A stretch of DNA of 64,000 nt from Cenococcum geophilum (lineage: Eukaryota): assembly GCA_050273025.1 (NCBI GenBank), contig CP158635.1, positions 1,550,001-1,614,000 of the forward strand, read 5' to 3'. The translations under genes and the position numbers were made by a program. The notes beneath the pieces were generated by a model that worked only from the letters and a program-made list of their open reading frames with translations, ran no database searches and was not told the origin of the DNA. Position 1 is the stretch's first letter. Every line of letters begins with the position of its first letter. Below, piece by piece: positions 12,017-22,725 of this stretch.

Positions 12017-15000
12017 ATGCTACTAAAAGCAGCTACTATGACGCCATTAACGGTAGCAACTACATTAAGGTTAGGTAACGACACCAGTATAGCAAACACT
12101 AACTCACAGCAACCTATAACGGTTGGACAATTATAAGAGATAGTTAACTAGTTGACAGAAAATAATATAACGTTAGAAAATAGGATTAATGGGATAGGCG
12201 TAGTAAAGGTTAAGTTACTATTAATCAAAAGATACTTAGGAGAGAGATTAAAGCTTAAAGGATTCCTTATGTAGATGCACTTTAAGGTAGCACAGGAAGG
12301 AGTAAAGCTGGCAACACCTATAGATTAAATAGCCTATGCAGGACTATTCTTAACAGGAAGAGCACTTAAATAGTTTAAGCCTTACCTAATAGAAATCTAG
12401 GTAAACGGGATAATAACTATAAACCAAGAGGTACGGTTTATGTTCTTAAGCTAAAATAGATTCGTTAAGCGACTTATATAAATGTTTGGAGACCCAGAGG
12501 CAGTAACTACGGCAAAAAGAAAAGTCCAAAACATTACGTAACGAACCTTAGTAATTAAGTATATAACATAGTTCCAGACGTTAGTAATATAAGTTAAGTG
12601 AAATAACAGGGCGCTTATAGCATAGTATAAACAGGGACTTAAGGCTAAAGTCTAGGACGTAATTATTCTAATAGAAGATGCGGACACCCTAAGGGAGTTA
12701 ATAGATTAGGCAATTAAGATTAACAATTAGATCTACCAAAGGGAACAGGCCAAGAGAGGTTAGGATAGAATTCTATAGTCGTATAAGGCGTAGAGCACGT
12801 AACGACAAAAGCCAAGTTAAAAACTATAGTATGGCGCAGAGCTAATGGACCTAAGTAGTACTAGAGAAGCCTATAAGAGATAGAGTAAGAAACTATGGAA
12901 ACCTAGAGGACAGGGATTAAGTAATTAAAGGTTTAAGGAGCAGAGGCCAAATTAGGGATCTTAGCAGCAGAAGATATTCAGGCGGACTCCACAGCAAGAA
13001 AAATGGTTTAAAGAAGGAGCTTATATAAATTATAGAAAACAGGGTTATTACGTTAGAGACTATAAAAGTAGGTAGAGTTACTATATAGTAAAAGGTACGA
13101 GACTAGTAGACGATATATACGTATAGAGGAATAATAATATACTGCGAGGAACAAAAGAATGTTTAATTAGAAGTTTTGCATTTTATTACAATAACGTATA
13201 CTAAATTTATAAGGATGCTAAGTACGGCGTAAGCTATTAGCTATAGGAGCTAGCACCTACAGGATACAGAGGAACTAATAAACCAGTTCGCAGATCGGAT
13301 ATTAAGGACGATAAATTTAACGTAGGCGAAATATTTCGTAATAATAAGGAAATAAAAGCAGTTTACTAGGAACACGCAGCTATTGGAGATATTATACTAG
13401 AGGTAAAGGATAATTCTACTACGGAATAGGGAACATTAGTAGGGATTAAGACCCCACTAGATATAATGTCTATCGCTTTACGAGACGTAAAAGAAGTAGG
13501 ATAGTAAACTACTTTAGCACTTAATAAAGGCAAAAGGCCAAAGACTTAAGATTCTTATAATAAGATATAAGACAACTAAGATTCTTAAGACAAGATAAGG
13601 CAAGCTTAAGGACCCACAACGGACAAAAACCGATAGAGTAGAGTAGTAGCTTAGTTTAGTAATATACAAATAAGCTCGGGACGGAGGTTCCCATAAACAC
13701 AAGATTCTTAAGACAAGATAAGTAAGATTTAAGACTCTTAAGATAAGATAAGAATACTAAGTAAGCCTAGTTGAACTAAGGCTAGAGCTAAGCTTAAGTT
13801 AGAAGCAAGCTTAGGATCAAGGATCTAAAGGGGCTAAGAATTTGGAGTATAAATTAGGATACCCATAGATAAAAGGCAAGGAGCTTCTTTATAGATTAGA
13901 GAATCTGCGGCACAAATAGTAACTAAACTAGGAGATAGATACATGGACCTAGAGGACTTACTAATAGAACATAGTATTCAGACTAAAGATTAAAAGGTTA
14001 ATATAAAGATTAAGAAGTAAGAGAACTTTAAGGATTAAAGCGCAAAACGCAAACCAAAGGAAACCATAGAAGAATTTAGATAGAGAATTATCGTATAGCA
14101 AGAACAGAAACTAGATAAGAGATCTAGTATATTAGGACGTATAAGGGATAGAGCGCTAGTATAAAGAATCACTAATAGGCCTAGGGTAGGCACACTAAGA
14201 GCTAAGTGGCTAACTAAACTAGAAGATAAAGAGGATCTAGAAATCCTAACTAGGTTCGAAGAATAACATATAAAGGGCTGTTATAATATAGTAATAAGAA
14301 GATACTTCCTTACGGATAAGCCGTATATACTCTAGCAGCTATACTAAAAGTAGTATAGGCAGAGGCACAATAATAAGTGGGAAGATTTTTATATATGGTT
14401 GGATAAAAGAGTTATCTAAGACCACCCAATTATAGAAAAGGCCATAACACATATTAAAGGAGCCTTAATTATAACGTTAAAGGATCTAAAGGAATAATTA
14501 GAGGACTAGAAAAGTAAGAGGCGTATTTTAGTACCTACGAATAAAGTTATAACGTTTAGATTAGCACAATAAAGGTTTAAACTTAAGGATAAGGATAAGC
14601 TAAGAGTTAACCTAAAGCACCCAGCACACTATACGTTATTATAGATTGCGTACGTAGATAATATATATAAGATGCACAAGAATCCAAAAGAAAAGAATTA
14701 GAAATACCCTATAAGAATATACTAGATAATAGACGAGCGATAGTATAAAAATGCCAAATATATATATAGATAATGGCATCCAGTAGAGGATTAAAAGGAA
14801 GGAAGCTTAGTACTTTAACTAGGAAGATTTCTTATAGAAGAATACTTAGACGGATAATAGTGGTGGGAATACCTAAAGAACATATATCTATAGTATATTA
14901 AAGATAAAAAGCAAACTAGATATTAGCTAAAGAGTAAGCTAAGTGCATAAGGATTAAGCAGCTAATAGTTAGGAAAAGTAGAGGCCTACAGAACTAGAGG

Positions 15001-18000
15001 GAGCTAGTAGTAGAGCCTTAGACCCTTAAAGGAATTTAAGGATAACACCTAAATTTATAAGTTAAATAGTAAGATTAACAGTTTAAAGCGCTAATAGATA
15101 GTGGAGTAACGCGGAACCATATCTTACTAGCAGCAGTTAAGAGAATAGGGCTACTTTATAGATAGAAGGAGTAACCTTACCTATTAATTATAATTTTAGG
15201 AGATCTAATAGCCTACGGAGGAGGGATTATTAATCTTAAAATAGGACCTATTTAGATAACTATTAAAGGAAAATAAATTAAGATGTCTTTTAATATCCTA
15301 CCATTAGGACGAGATGAGGCAGTATTAGGCATACCTTAGTTACAGGAATATAATTTAAAGATTAATTAGATTATAGGTCAAGTTAATATTAAAGATACTT
15401 AATACCGCAAGATGCAATAATAAGCTAAGTTAGTATAGTACTAAGTAGAAGCAACCTATAAAGAAACAAAGAAAGGACTAAGTTATATACTAAAAAGATA
15501 CCATAAGTACGGCAAGAAACTATAGTTACCGGAAAGTAAAAAGCTATTAGAGTATATAGTATAGGACTATAAAATAGAATTAGAACCAGAAATAAGTTTA
15601 AAGTTCTTTCCAATCTATAAGCTTACTAAAGAAAAAGGTAGAGTATTAAAAGAGTTTATCTAAAAAAACTTATAAAAGGGATATATTAGACTATCGCAGT
15701 CATTAGCGGGTTATCCAGTACTGTTTATACTAAAAAAGAATGGTAAACTAAGGCTATATATTAACTATAAACAGTTAAACAGCATTACTAGGAAGGATAG
15801 ATATCCTTTACCCTTAATTAGCAAAATCTAAGATAGGATAGGTAACGCGTAAATCTTTACAAAGATAAATCTAAGATAGGCGTACTATTAGATTAGAATT
15901 AAGAAAGGCAACAAATAAAAGGCAGCCTTTAGGTTAAAGGAAGGACTATATAAACTATTAGTTATACAATTTAGGCTTATAAACGCACTAGCAATGTTTT
16001 AAAAGTGTATTAACAATATATTAGGAGAACACTTAAATAAATTTGTTATAGTATACCTTAACAATATTATTATCTATTTAATAACTAAGGAAGAATATAG
16101 GGAACACATTAAATGGGTCTTAAAGAAACTATAAGAAGAACAGATACTAGTAGCAATTAAGAAATGCGAGTTCTTTACTAGGAAGACCAATTTCGTTAGA
16201 TTTATTATTAAACTAGGCTAACTTAGCATAGATCTAAAAAAGATTAAGGCTATAGTAAATTAGTAAGAACTAGAGAACGTTATATAATTAAGATCGTTTT
16301 TAGGGTTTTATAATTACTGTAGAAGGTTTATAGCACAGTGGTTAAAGGATATTAAGCCATTTACACAATTAATAAAGAAAGAAGAACTATAGGCATAGGG
16401 AGAGGAATAAAGAGAACTCTTTAAAAAAGTTAAGGAGTTGTTTACCTAGGAGCTAGTTCTTAAGATCTATTAACTAGGACTAGAGATAGTTATAGAAACG
16501 GATACATTAGACTATATACTAGGGGTATACTTTATATAGAAATATTAAAATGGATGGCACCTAGTGGTATACTATAGTTAGAAGATAATACTACTAGAGT
16601 TAAACTATAATATCTATAATAAGGAGTTATTAGGTATAGTTACAGTATTAAAGAAATAGAAAGCATTCTTATAAGGTATAGAGAAACTATTTATAGTTAA
16701 GACGGATTATAAAAACCTAATAGGATTCCTAATAATAAAGGAACTTAACTAGAAATAGGTTAGATAGGTAGAGATACTTATAGAATACTATTTTAAAATT
16801 TAGTATACTAAGGGTATAGATAATATACGAGTAGATACTCTAAGTTATAAGGCTAAACTATAGAACGATAAAAAGCCATTAGGAGCTTTACTGCGAAAAG
16901 ACATAGATAGATTAATTAGGTATAATTATCCAAAAATTATAGTAACTTAGGAAGAACTAGAAAGAGTTTATAAGTTACCAGAAAGCTTTTAGGTATAAAG
17001 AATTCTAAAAGTATAGCTAGAAGATCTATAGACGGATATATACAGAAACCAAGAAATAAAGTACATCCTAAAAAGCATAGCAGAGTAGTTTATAGAGGAC
17101 TTCTATAAGGGATTAACTTAAGGACATAATAGAGCTATAGGCTTAGTGTTAAGACTTTAGGAGGAGTATATTATTAACAGAATCTAAAGGATAGCTAGAA
17201 AGGTTACTAAAGAGTATTTAGATTATTAAAGAAATAAACTAATAAGGTATAAGCTATATAAAGGGCTATAACCTGTTAAAACACTAGAGAGACTATAGGA
17301 GGTTATATTATAGGACTTTATTATTAAGTTACTAAAGTTAAGAAATCCTATTACCGGACAAGATTATAACGTAATCTTAGTAATAGTAAATAAGCTTATA
17401 AAGTAGGGATACTTTATAGTATATATAGAAGAAATCTTAGCAGAAGATATTGCTAGAATCTATATTAAAGAAGTGTTTATAAGATATAGAGCACTAAGTA
17501 AAATTATATTAGATAGAGATCTAAGATTCATAGTAGTATTCTAGAAAGTATTTTTAGTGGAGTAAGGAGTTTAAGCAGTAACTTCTACTATATATTATCT
17601 ATAAACAGACAGTTAAACGGAAAGATTAAATTAGACGCTAGAACAATATCTAAGATATTATATTAATTATGCATAGAATAATTAGGTATTACTATTACCA
17701 GTTATATAGTTTATATATAATATAACACCTTAAAAAGAAATAGGCACATTACTATTTAAAGCGAATTATGGATATAAGCTAAGAATATTATTATTACTAT
17801 AGCAAGCAAAGAAAACAAGTAGCATAGCTAAAGAAAAAATAAAGACATTAATAAATCTTTATATAGACCTTATAGAATTAGTAAAGAAAGTATAAGAGAG
17901 AATAAAAAAGTACTATAACGCTAAGAGATCTAAGGAACTAGATCTTAAGGAGGGAGATAAAGTATAGCTACTACACAAAAATTTTAAAAGTTAATAACTA

Positions 18001-18380
18001 AGTAAGAAGTTAGACTACGTTAGACTAGGACCTTTTAAAATTACGCAGAGAATTTTACCAGTTACGTTTAAGTTAAACCTACTAGCTAAAATAAAGATCT
18101 ACCCTATATAATATATTGCAATATTAGAGCTAGTATATAGGAATATTAAGTCACCGGTTTATAAAGTAGATATATATAAAGGATAAAAGGAAGATAAATA
18201 GTAAGTTTTAAAGATCGTTAGTTATAAGGACATTAATAATAAAATATAGTATAAGGTTAAGTGAATAGGCTATACTAAGACTACCTAGGAGCTACTAAAA
18301 AATTTAAAGAATGCTATAAAAAAGGTACAGGAATATTGGAAGAAATTAGGTTAGGCAGTATTAAAAAAAAAGGATTACTA
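12017..18380 (+). pseudogene. gag (long, with CCHC) and pol relic of gypsy B
   Basis: ATG 12017; RIPed CCHC knuckle ~13021-13062; DSGVTRNH protease ~15098; YLNNIIIY RT ~16052; ETD RNase H ~16495; integrase ~17100-17800; chromodomain ~18190-18340. Confidence 0.9.
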
Positions 18381-18867
18381 AAGAATAAGTTACCTAAGGG
18401 GGACCTAGGAAGAGCAGTTGCCGAACTACTTAAATCTATTTCCTTCTCTGTTAGAAGAGAATCCGTTCTTTTATTACTAAGTTCCTATAAACCTTATTCT
18501 ATAAGCTTCTACTCCTTAAAACAAACCTTCTTATAAACCTTTTTAAGATAAAGTAGATAAGCAGACGCCGCGATTTAAGCATTTAGGGCCTTCTGTTCAG
18601 CATTATAAGAATATTTTAACTTCGCAAGGGCTTAAGACAGTTTACTATCTAGCCGCGTAGCAGTAGATTAAACACAAGACCCTAAGATAAATTAATTAGG
18701 GAACTAGACAACTATTAAGAGTAATAGGTCGCGTATATTTAGTATTAGAGGTAGAGCGAACGTCATAGGATAAACAAATATTTGCTTTAGTGTACTCTAA
18801 GTAAGAGGATAGTTATTGTAAAGATGGGTTCGCCAATGTACATTAGCATTTTGTTGGGGTGCCAAGA

Positions 18868-19245
18868 TCCTGGAGGCCTCCTGACAGGATTTTGATTTTC
18901 CTGGAGGTCCTGATCGTCCTGACAGGCTCCTGACAGGCTCCTGACAGGCTCCTGGTAGGATTTTGATTTTCCTGATCGTCCTGAACGTCCTGAACGTCCT
19001 GAACGTCCTGATGTCCTGAACGTCCTGAACGTCCTGATCGTCCTGGTCGTCCTGACAGGCTCCTGACAGGCTCCTGGCAGGATTTTAATTTTCCTGATTA
19101 TCCTGAACGTCCTAAACGTCCTGATGTCCTAAACGTCCTGAACGTCTTGATCGTCCTGGTCGTCCTGATAGGCTCCTGACAGGACCCTACTATCCTGATG
19201 CGCTCCTGATAGGAAACTAGTATTTCCTGATCGTCCTGTTAGGAT
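18868..19245. repeat. Left subterminal array of CCTGACAGG / CCTGAACGT / CCTGATCGT units
   Basis: Many 9-11 bp units beginning TCCTGA, arranged in higher-order ~120-bp blocks. Confidence 0.9.
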
Positions 19246-19294
19246 ACCCCCCCAAAGTAACACCCTATGCACACCCCTTAAGCAACACTACTGG

Positions 19295-19620
19295 GGCTCT
19301 GCACGAGGCTCTATATACATAAAGCTCTGCGCGAAGCTCTGCTCGGAGCTCTACGCGAAGCTTGCACGAAGCTCTGCACGAAGCTCTACACGAAGCTTGT
19401 ACGAAGCTCTGCACGAAGCTCTACACCGTGACGGGGCTCTATACGAAGCTCTACACGAAGCTCTGTATGAAGCTCTACACGAAGCTCTACACGAAGCTCT
19501 ATACGAAGCTCTACACGAAGCTCTACACGAAGCTCTACGTATAAAGGCTCTGTACGAGGCTCTGCATGAGGCTCTGCGCGAAGCTCTGCGTACGGAGGCT
19601 TTACACGAAGCCCCGCATGA
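19295..19620. repeat. 12-bp tandem array (GCACGAAGCTCT)n
   Basis: Directly visible; explains the repetitive ORFs at 19351-19747. Confidence 0.95.
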
Positions 19621-19769
19621 CACACATTACTATCGGGTCCCCGCTATATTCCCGATAGCCCTATACGTGCCTCTGCCAAGCTACCCCCTTTATAGCCACC
19701 TTATTTTTTACCCTTCCTTATATCCTCCCTACCTTAGGAGGCACTAGAACGGCAGCTAGTAGAGGACTA

Positions 19770-19926
19770 TTGCTAGAACTAGACGACCGTTGCCAGAACT
19801 AGACGATCGTCGCTAGAACTAAACGACCGTCGCCAGAACCAGACGACCGTTGCCAGAATTAGATAACCGTCCTAGAGCCAGATAACCGTTACCAGAACCA
19901 GACGACCGTTACCAGAACTAGACGAT
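19770..19926. repeat. 21-bp tandem array (GCCAGAACCAGACGACCGTC/TT-like)
   Basis: About seven visible degenerate units. Confidence 0.9.
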
Positions 19927-19934
19927 GACCTTTT

Positions 19935-20725
19935 AAACAACTAGCCAGCGAATACCACGAATGATTTAATTGATCGATCGATTGAATTAAACCAGAGCTT
20001 TGATATTAGCTTATTACTGAATTGAATCAAGGCCTCCTAGGGAGGCACCCTAGACGACTACCGTTCGAATGTATAGCTAGCGAATGGCCGTAGAGAACGA
20101 TCTGAATCGATTAGAGCCTTCGATCGGGCCGACCCCTCCCCCGAATTGAATTAGATACTGATATAGGCAGACAGGCAGGCAGGCAGGCAGGCAGGTAGGT
20201 AGGCAGATAGGTAGGTAGGTAGGTAGGTAGGAGACGACCGTCGCTAGAACCAGACGACAACCGTTCGAACGACCAGCCAGCAAATACCACAAACGATTCA
20301 ATTAATTAATTGATCGAATTGAACCAGAGCTTCGATATTGGCCCGTTACCGAATCGAATTAAGGCCTCCTAGGGAGGCACCCCAGACGACCACCGTTTGA
20401 ATGTATAGCCAGCAAACGGCCATAGAGAACGATTCGAATTAATATAATTAATTGTAATCGAATCAAGCAGAGCCTTCGATCGGGCCGACCTCTGCCCCAA
20501 ATTACAGATACAGACAGGTAGGCATAGACAAGTAGGCACGATAGGTAGGCACAGACAGGTAGGCATAGACAGGTAGGCACCGACAGACAGGTATAGATAG
20601 GTAGGATGGTCGGACAGGTAGGACAGGTAGGACAGGCAGGACAGGCAGGATAGGTAGGACAGGCAGGACAGGCAAGCAGGCAGGCAGGCAGGCAGGCAGG
20701 TAGGCAGGCAGGCAGGCAGGCACTA
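19935..20725. repeat. Internal duplication (~19935-20230 and ~20265-20725), each copy ending in (GGCA/GGTA)n microsatellite
   Basis: aaccagagctt..ggcctcctagggaggcacc..agagaacga..agagccttcgatcgggccgacc occurs twice. Confidence 0.9.
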
Positions 20726-21049
20726 GGCCTAGTTAGGAAATTAGTACACGGCCGGTGGATCATCGGGAACACCGCCAATTGACGATTTGGAACCTCTGCG
20801 AGAGCCTTCCCCCTCGTCTCCTCGATCGATCGATCGATCGATCAATTGCTTGACGCCTGAGTAGACACAGACATAGGGGTAGGTAGGAAGGATTGATTTG
20901 GATTATTTAGATAGCTTAAAGCATCCTATATATAGAATAGGGCCTAAAATTAAACCAATTTTTATATTTTAACTGCTATAAATACTAGAGTATTAATATA
21001 CCTTATTTTAAAATCTAGAATTTTGTTATTTTAATTATTATCCTAATTG

Positions 21050-21330
21050 TCCTAATTATCCTAATTGTACTGATGGTACTGATGGTCCTGATGGTCCTGA
21101 TGGTCCTGACAGTACTGATGGTCCTGGAGGTCCTGGAGGTCCTGGAGATCCTGGAGGTCCTGGAGGTCCTGGAGATCCTGGAGGTCCTGGAGGTCCTAGA
21201 GGTCCGTGTGGTCTGTGTGGTCCGGGCGACCTCCTGACAGGTTCTTGACAGGAAGCCGAGTGTGAGTGTCTTTTAAAGCTCCTGACAGCCCTGACAGGAG
21301 CTGTCAGGAACCTGTTAGTACTATCAGGAG
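21050..21330. repeat. Right subterminal arrays (CCTGATGGT, CCTGGAGGT, CCTGACAGG)
   Basis: 9-bp tandem units; CCTGACAG motifs in both orientations near the terminus. Confidence 0.9.
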
Positions 21331-21585
21331 GCATAAACATTTTCCTGATGTAATATAGACTAACTTCTCTTTTAAACAACGAGAACACGGAGATAGTATA
21401 ATCTCACTAAGAGATAATATCGCAGTAATAGTGTGAGCACGACGTTAGGCGTGTAAAGAAGAAATTGCTTTAGGTATAATAAGTAATAATATTAACTAAA
21501 TTAATTAGACGGATATTACACCTCTAGTAAATAACTTAGAGATATTTTAAATCTTTAAGGACAAAAATAAAGAGGAGGGAGATAG

Positions 21586-22010
21586 TGTTACGGACGCTTT
21601 AAGTACAATATTATAACTACTTAGAGAAGAAACAGAAGAAGCTAGTTGGTTAATTTAGGCACGGTCTAGGATAGAGTTAATAGAACTATATAATGAGGAA
21701 TAGTAACTAAGGTTATATAATATACTACGTATTAAATAAGAGGAACGAGAGGAACTTACGTACCTTATGTATAAGACGTATATTACGTATAAGAAGGATT
21801 TTATAGGAGTACAGTTGTGTATTTAAGGACCCTTAGTCCCTACCTAGATAGTTCCTTCTTTATAGTAATTCTTAGAATATAATTAGAGTTAATCTGTTAG
21901 GTAACCACTCCACCAGTTATTATTACGTTGTTGACTTTTATACTTGCATTTCCTATACACCTAGCCCAATAACAAGCCCACCGTAGTTCCTGCTACAAGG
22001 TTCCGTTACA
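21586..22010 (+). repeat. 3' LTR of gypsy B
   Basis: tgttacgg...ccgttaca, followed by TSD CTTAT. Confidence 0.95.
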
Positions 22011-22523
22011 CTTATTTAGTCATTAGTAGTACCCGTAATTGCGGTTAGCCTACTTACTATAGGTAGCCCGCCTAGCGGTAGCTACGCGCTTAGTATAGCG
22101 GAGGCAAATTAGTTTAAGTAAGGCTAGGGGAGCACCTTGCGAATAATAAGGAAGCTTAGACGGCGTTTAGTAGGGTTAGCGATAGCTATAAGCTAGTATA
22201 AAGAATACTTACGGAAAACTCGCCAATAGGCAGACCGGCGGCGCTACGCTTACAATTTATAATTAATTAGAAATTAGGAAGAAGGCGAGTTATAGGCTAA
22301 ATAAATTAAAATGGAATTAAAAGGGAAATTTAATATCCTACCTAGGTAGGAACTCCTACCTTTATAGATCTCTATAAGGTCCTATTATTACATTATCCTA
22401 TTATTACATTATCTAATTCGCTTAAATTTGTTAAAAACTTTTTATTTAGAGAAGGATAATAATAGCACTCCTATTATATAATAGCGTCGGCTAAGGACAG
22501 CCGCTTAAAAAGGGGGGGGCAAT

Positions 22524-22725
22524 TATTAGGCTATAGAGACGCACTAGCCGTAACCGGCTTAGCGCAGATAAGGCGCAGGCGAGGCGCCTACAAAACGTAG
22601 TCACCCCGTATTAGAGAACAGCAGAATTTAGTTCTATAGTTCTACTTATTAAGAACCAGATACTCTTTACATCCCGTTACTATTATTACGTTACTACATA
22701 CCCTAAGGACCTTGGCGTCCTAACA
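22524..22725 (+). repeat. 3' LTR of gypsy A
   Basis: Follows a polypurine tract; inverted ends tattagg (tgttagg) / cctaaca. Confidence 0.8.

Larger units (their letters stand above)
18841..21350. mobile_element. 2510-bp non-autonomous, repeat-built putative DNA transposon with TA TSD
   Basis: Absent from sister element C (empty site gccaacgTAatataaac). Here gccaatgTA[cattagcattttgtt...aacattttcctgatg]TAatatagac. Short imperfect TIR CATYAG..CTGATG; CCTGACAGG motifs clustered at both ends; no credible ORF. Confidence 0.9.
18390..21477 (-). pseudogene. Antisense Zn(II)2Cys6-like gene of gypsy B, disrupted by the 18841-21350 insertion
   Basis: PCSRC is intact at ~21390-21376; the motif continues across the insertion (de-RIPed LVC..SSCSECTKAN....C); collinear with the copy in element C. 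End approximate. Confidence 0.6.
11548..22010 (+). mobile_element. Full-length Ty3/gypsy chromovirus B (RIPed) with 2.5-kb insertion
   Basis: 425-bp LTRs at 11548-11972 and 21586-22010; 5-bp TSD CTTAT (11543-11547, 22011-22015); purine tract agaggagggagatag before the 3' LTR. Confidence 0.95.
11009..22260 (-). pseudogene. Antisense, three-intron Cys-motif gene in the 3' region of gypsy A (split by element B)
   Basis: Minus-strand introns at ~22212-22167, ~11530-11487 and ~11205-11149 (gtaagt/gtacgt donors, ctaac/ctaat branch). Reading frame runs across the CTTAT TSD. De-RIPed ICLRCAKR..TCGKQANRNCGYCQRLNKSC; acidic D/E tail at 11030-11130. Confidence 0.65.
6320..22725 (+). mobile_element. Ty3/gypsy chromovirus A (RIPed; 5' part outside window; interrupted by element B)
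   Basis: gag-pol relic at 6320-~10900; polypurine tract aaaaggggggggg ~22507-22519; 3' LTR 22524-22725 (tattagg...cctaaca); right junction cuts the RT of element D. Confidence 0.9.

Noticed and set aside
19351..19747. Overlapping ORFs with ALHE / RASC / VELR repeats
   Set aside because: By-products of a stop-free 12-bp tandem array, open in several frames on both strands.
19770..19926. CRISPR-like appearance of 21-bp repeats
   Set aside because: Head-to-tail units with no spacers, no cas genes, and a eukaryotic context.
20077..20778. LPAC/PACL repeat ORFs
   Set aside because: Translations of (GGCA/GGTA)n microsatellites.
21056..21388. Collagen-like GPPGPP ORF
   Set aside because: Translation of the 9-bp CCTGGAGGT subterminal array; the ORF crosses the element boundary.
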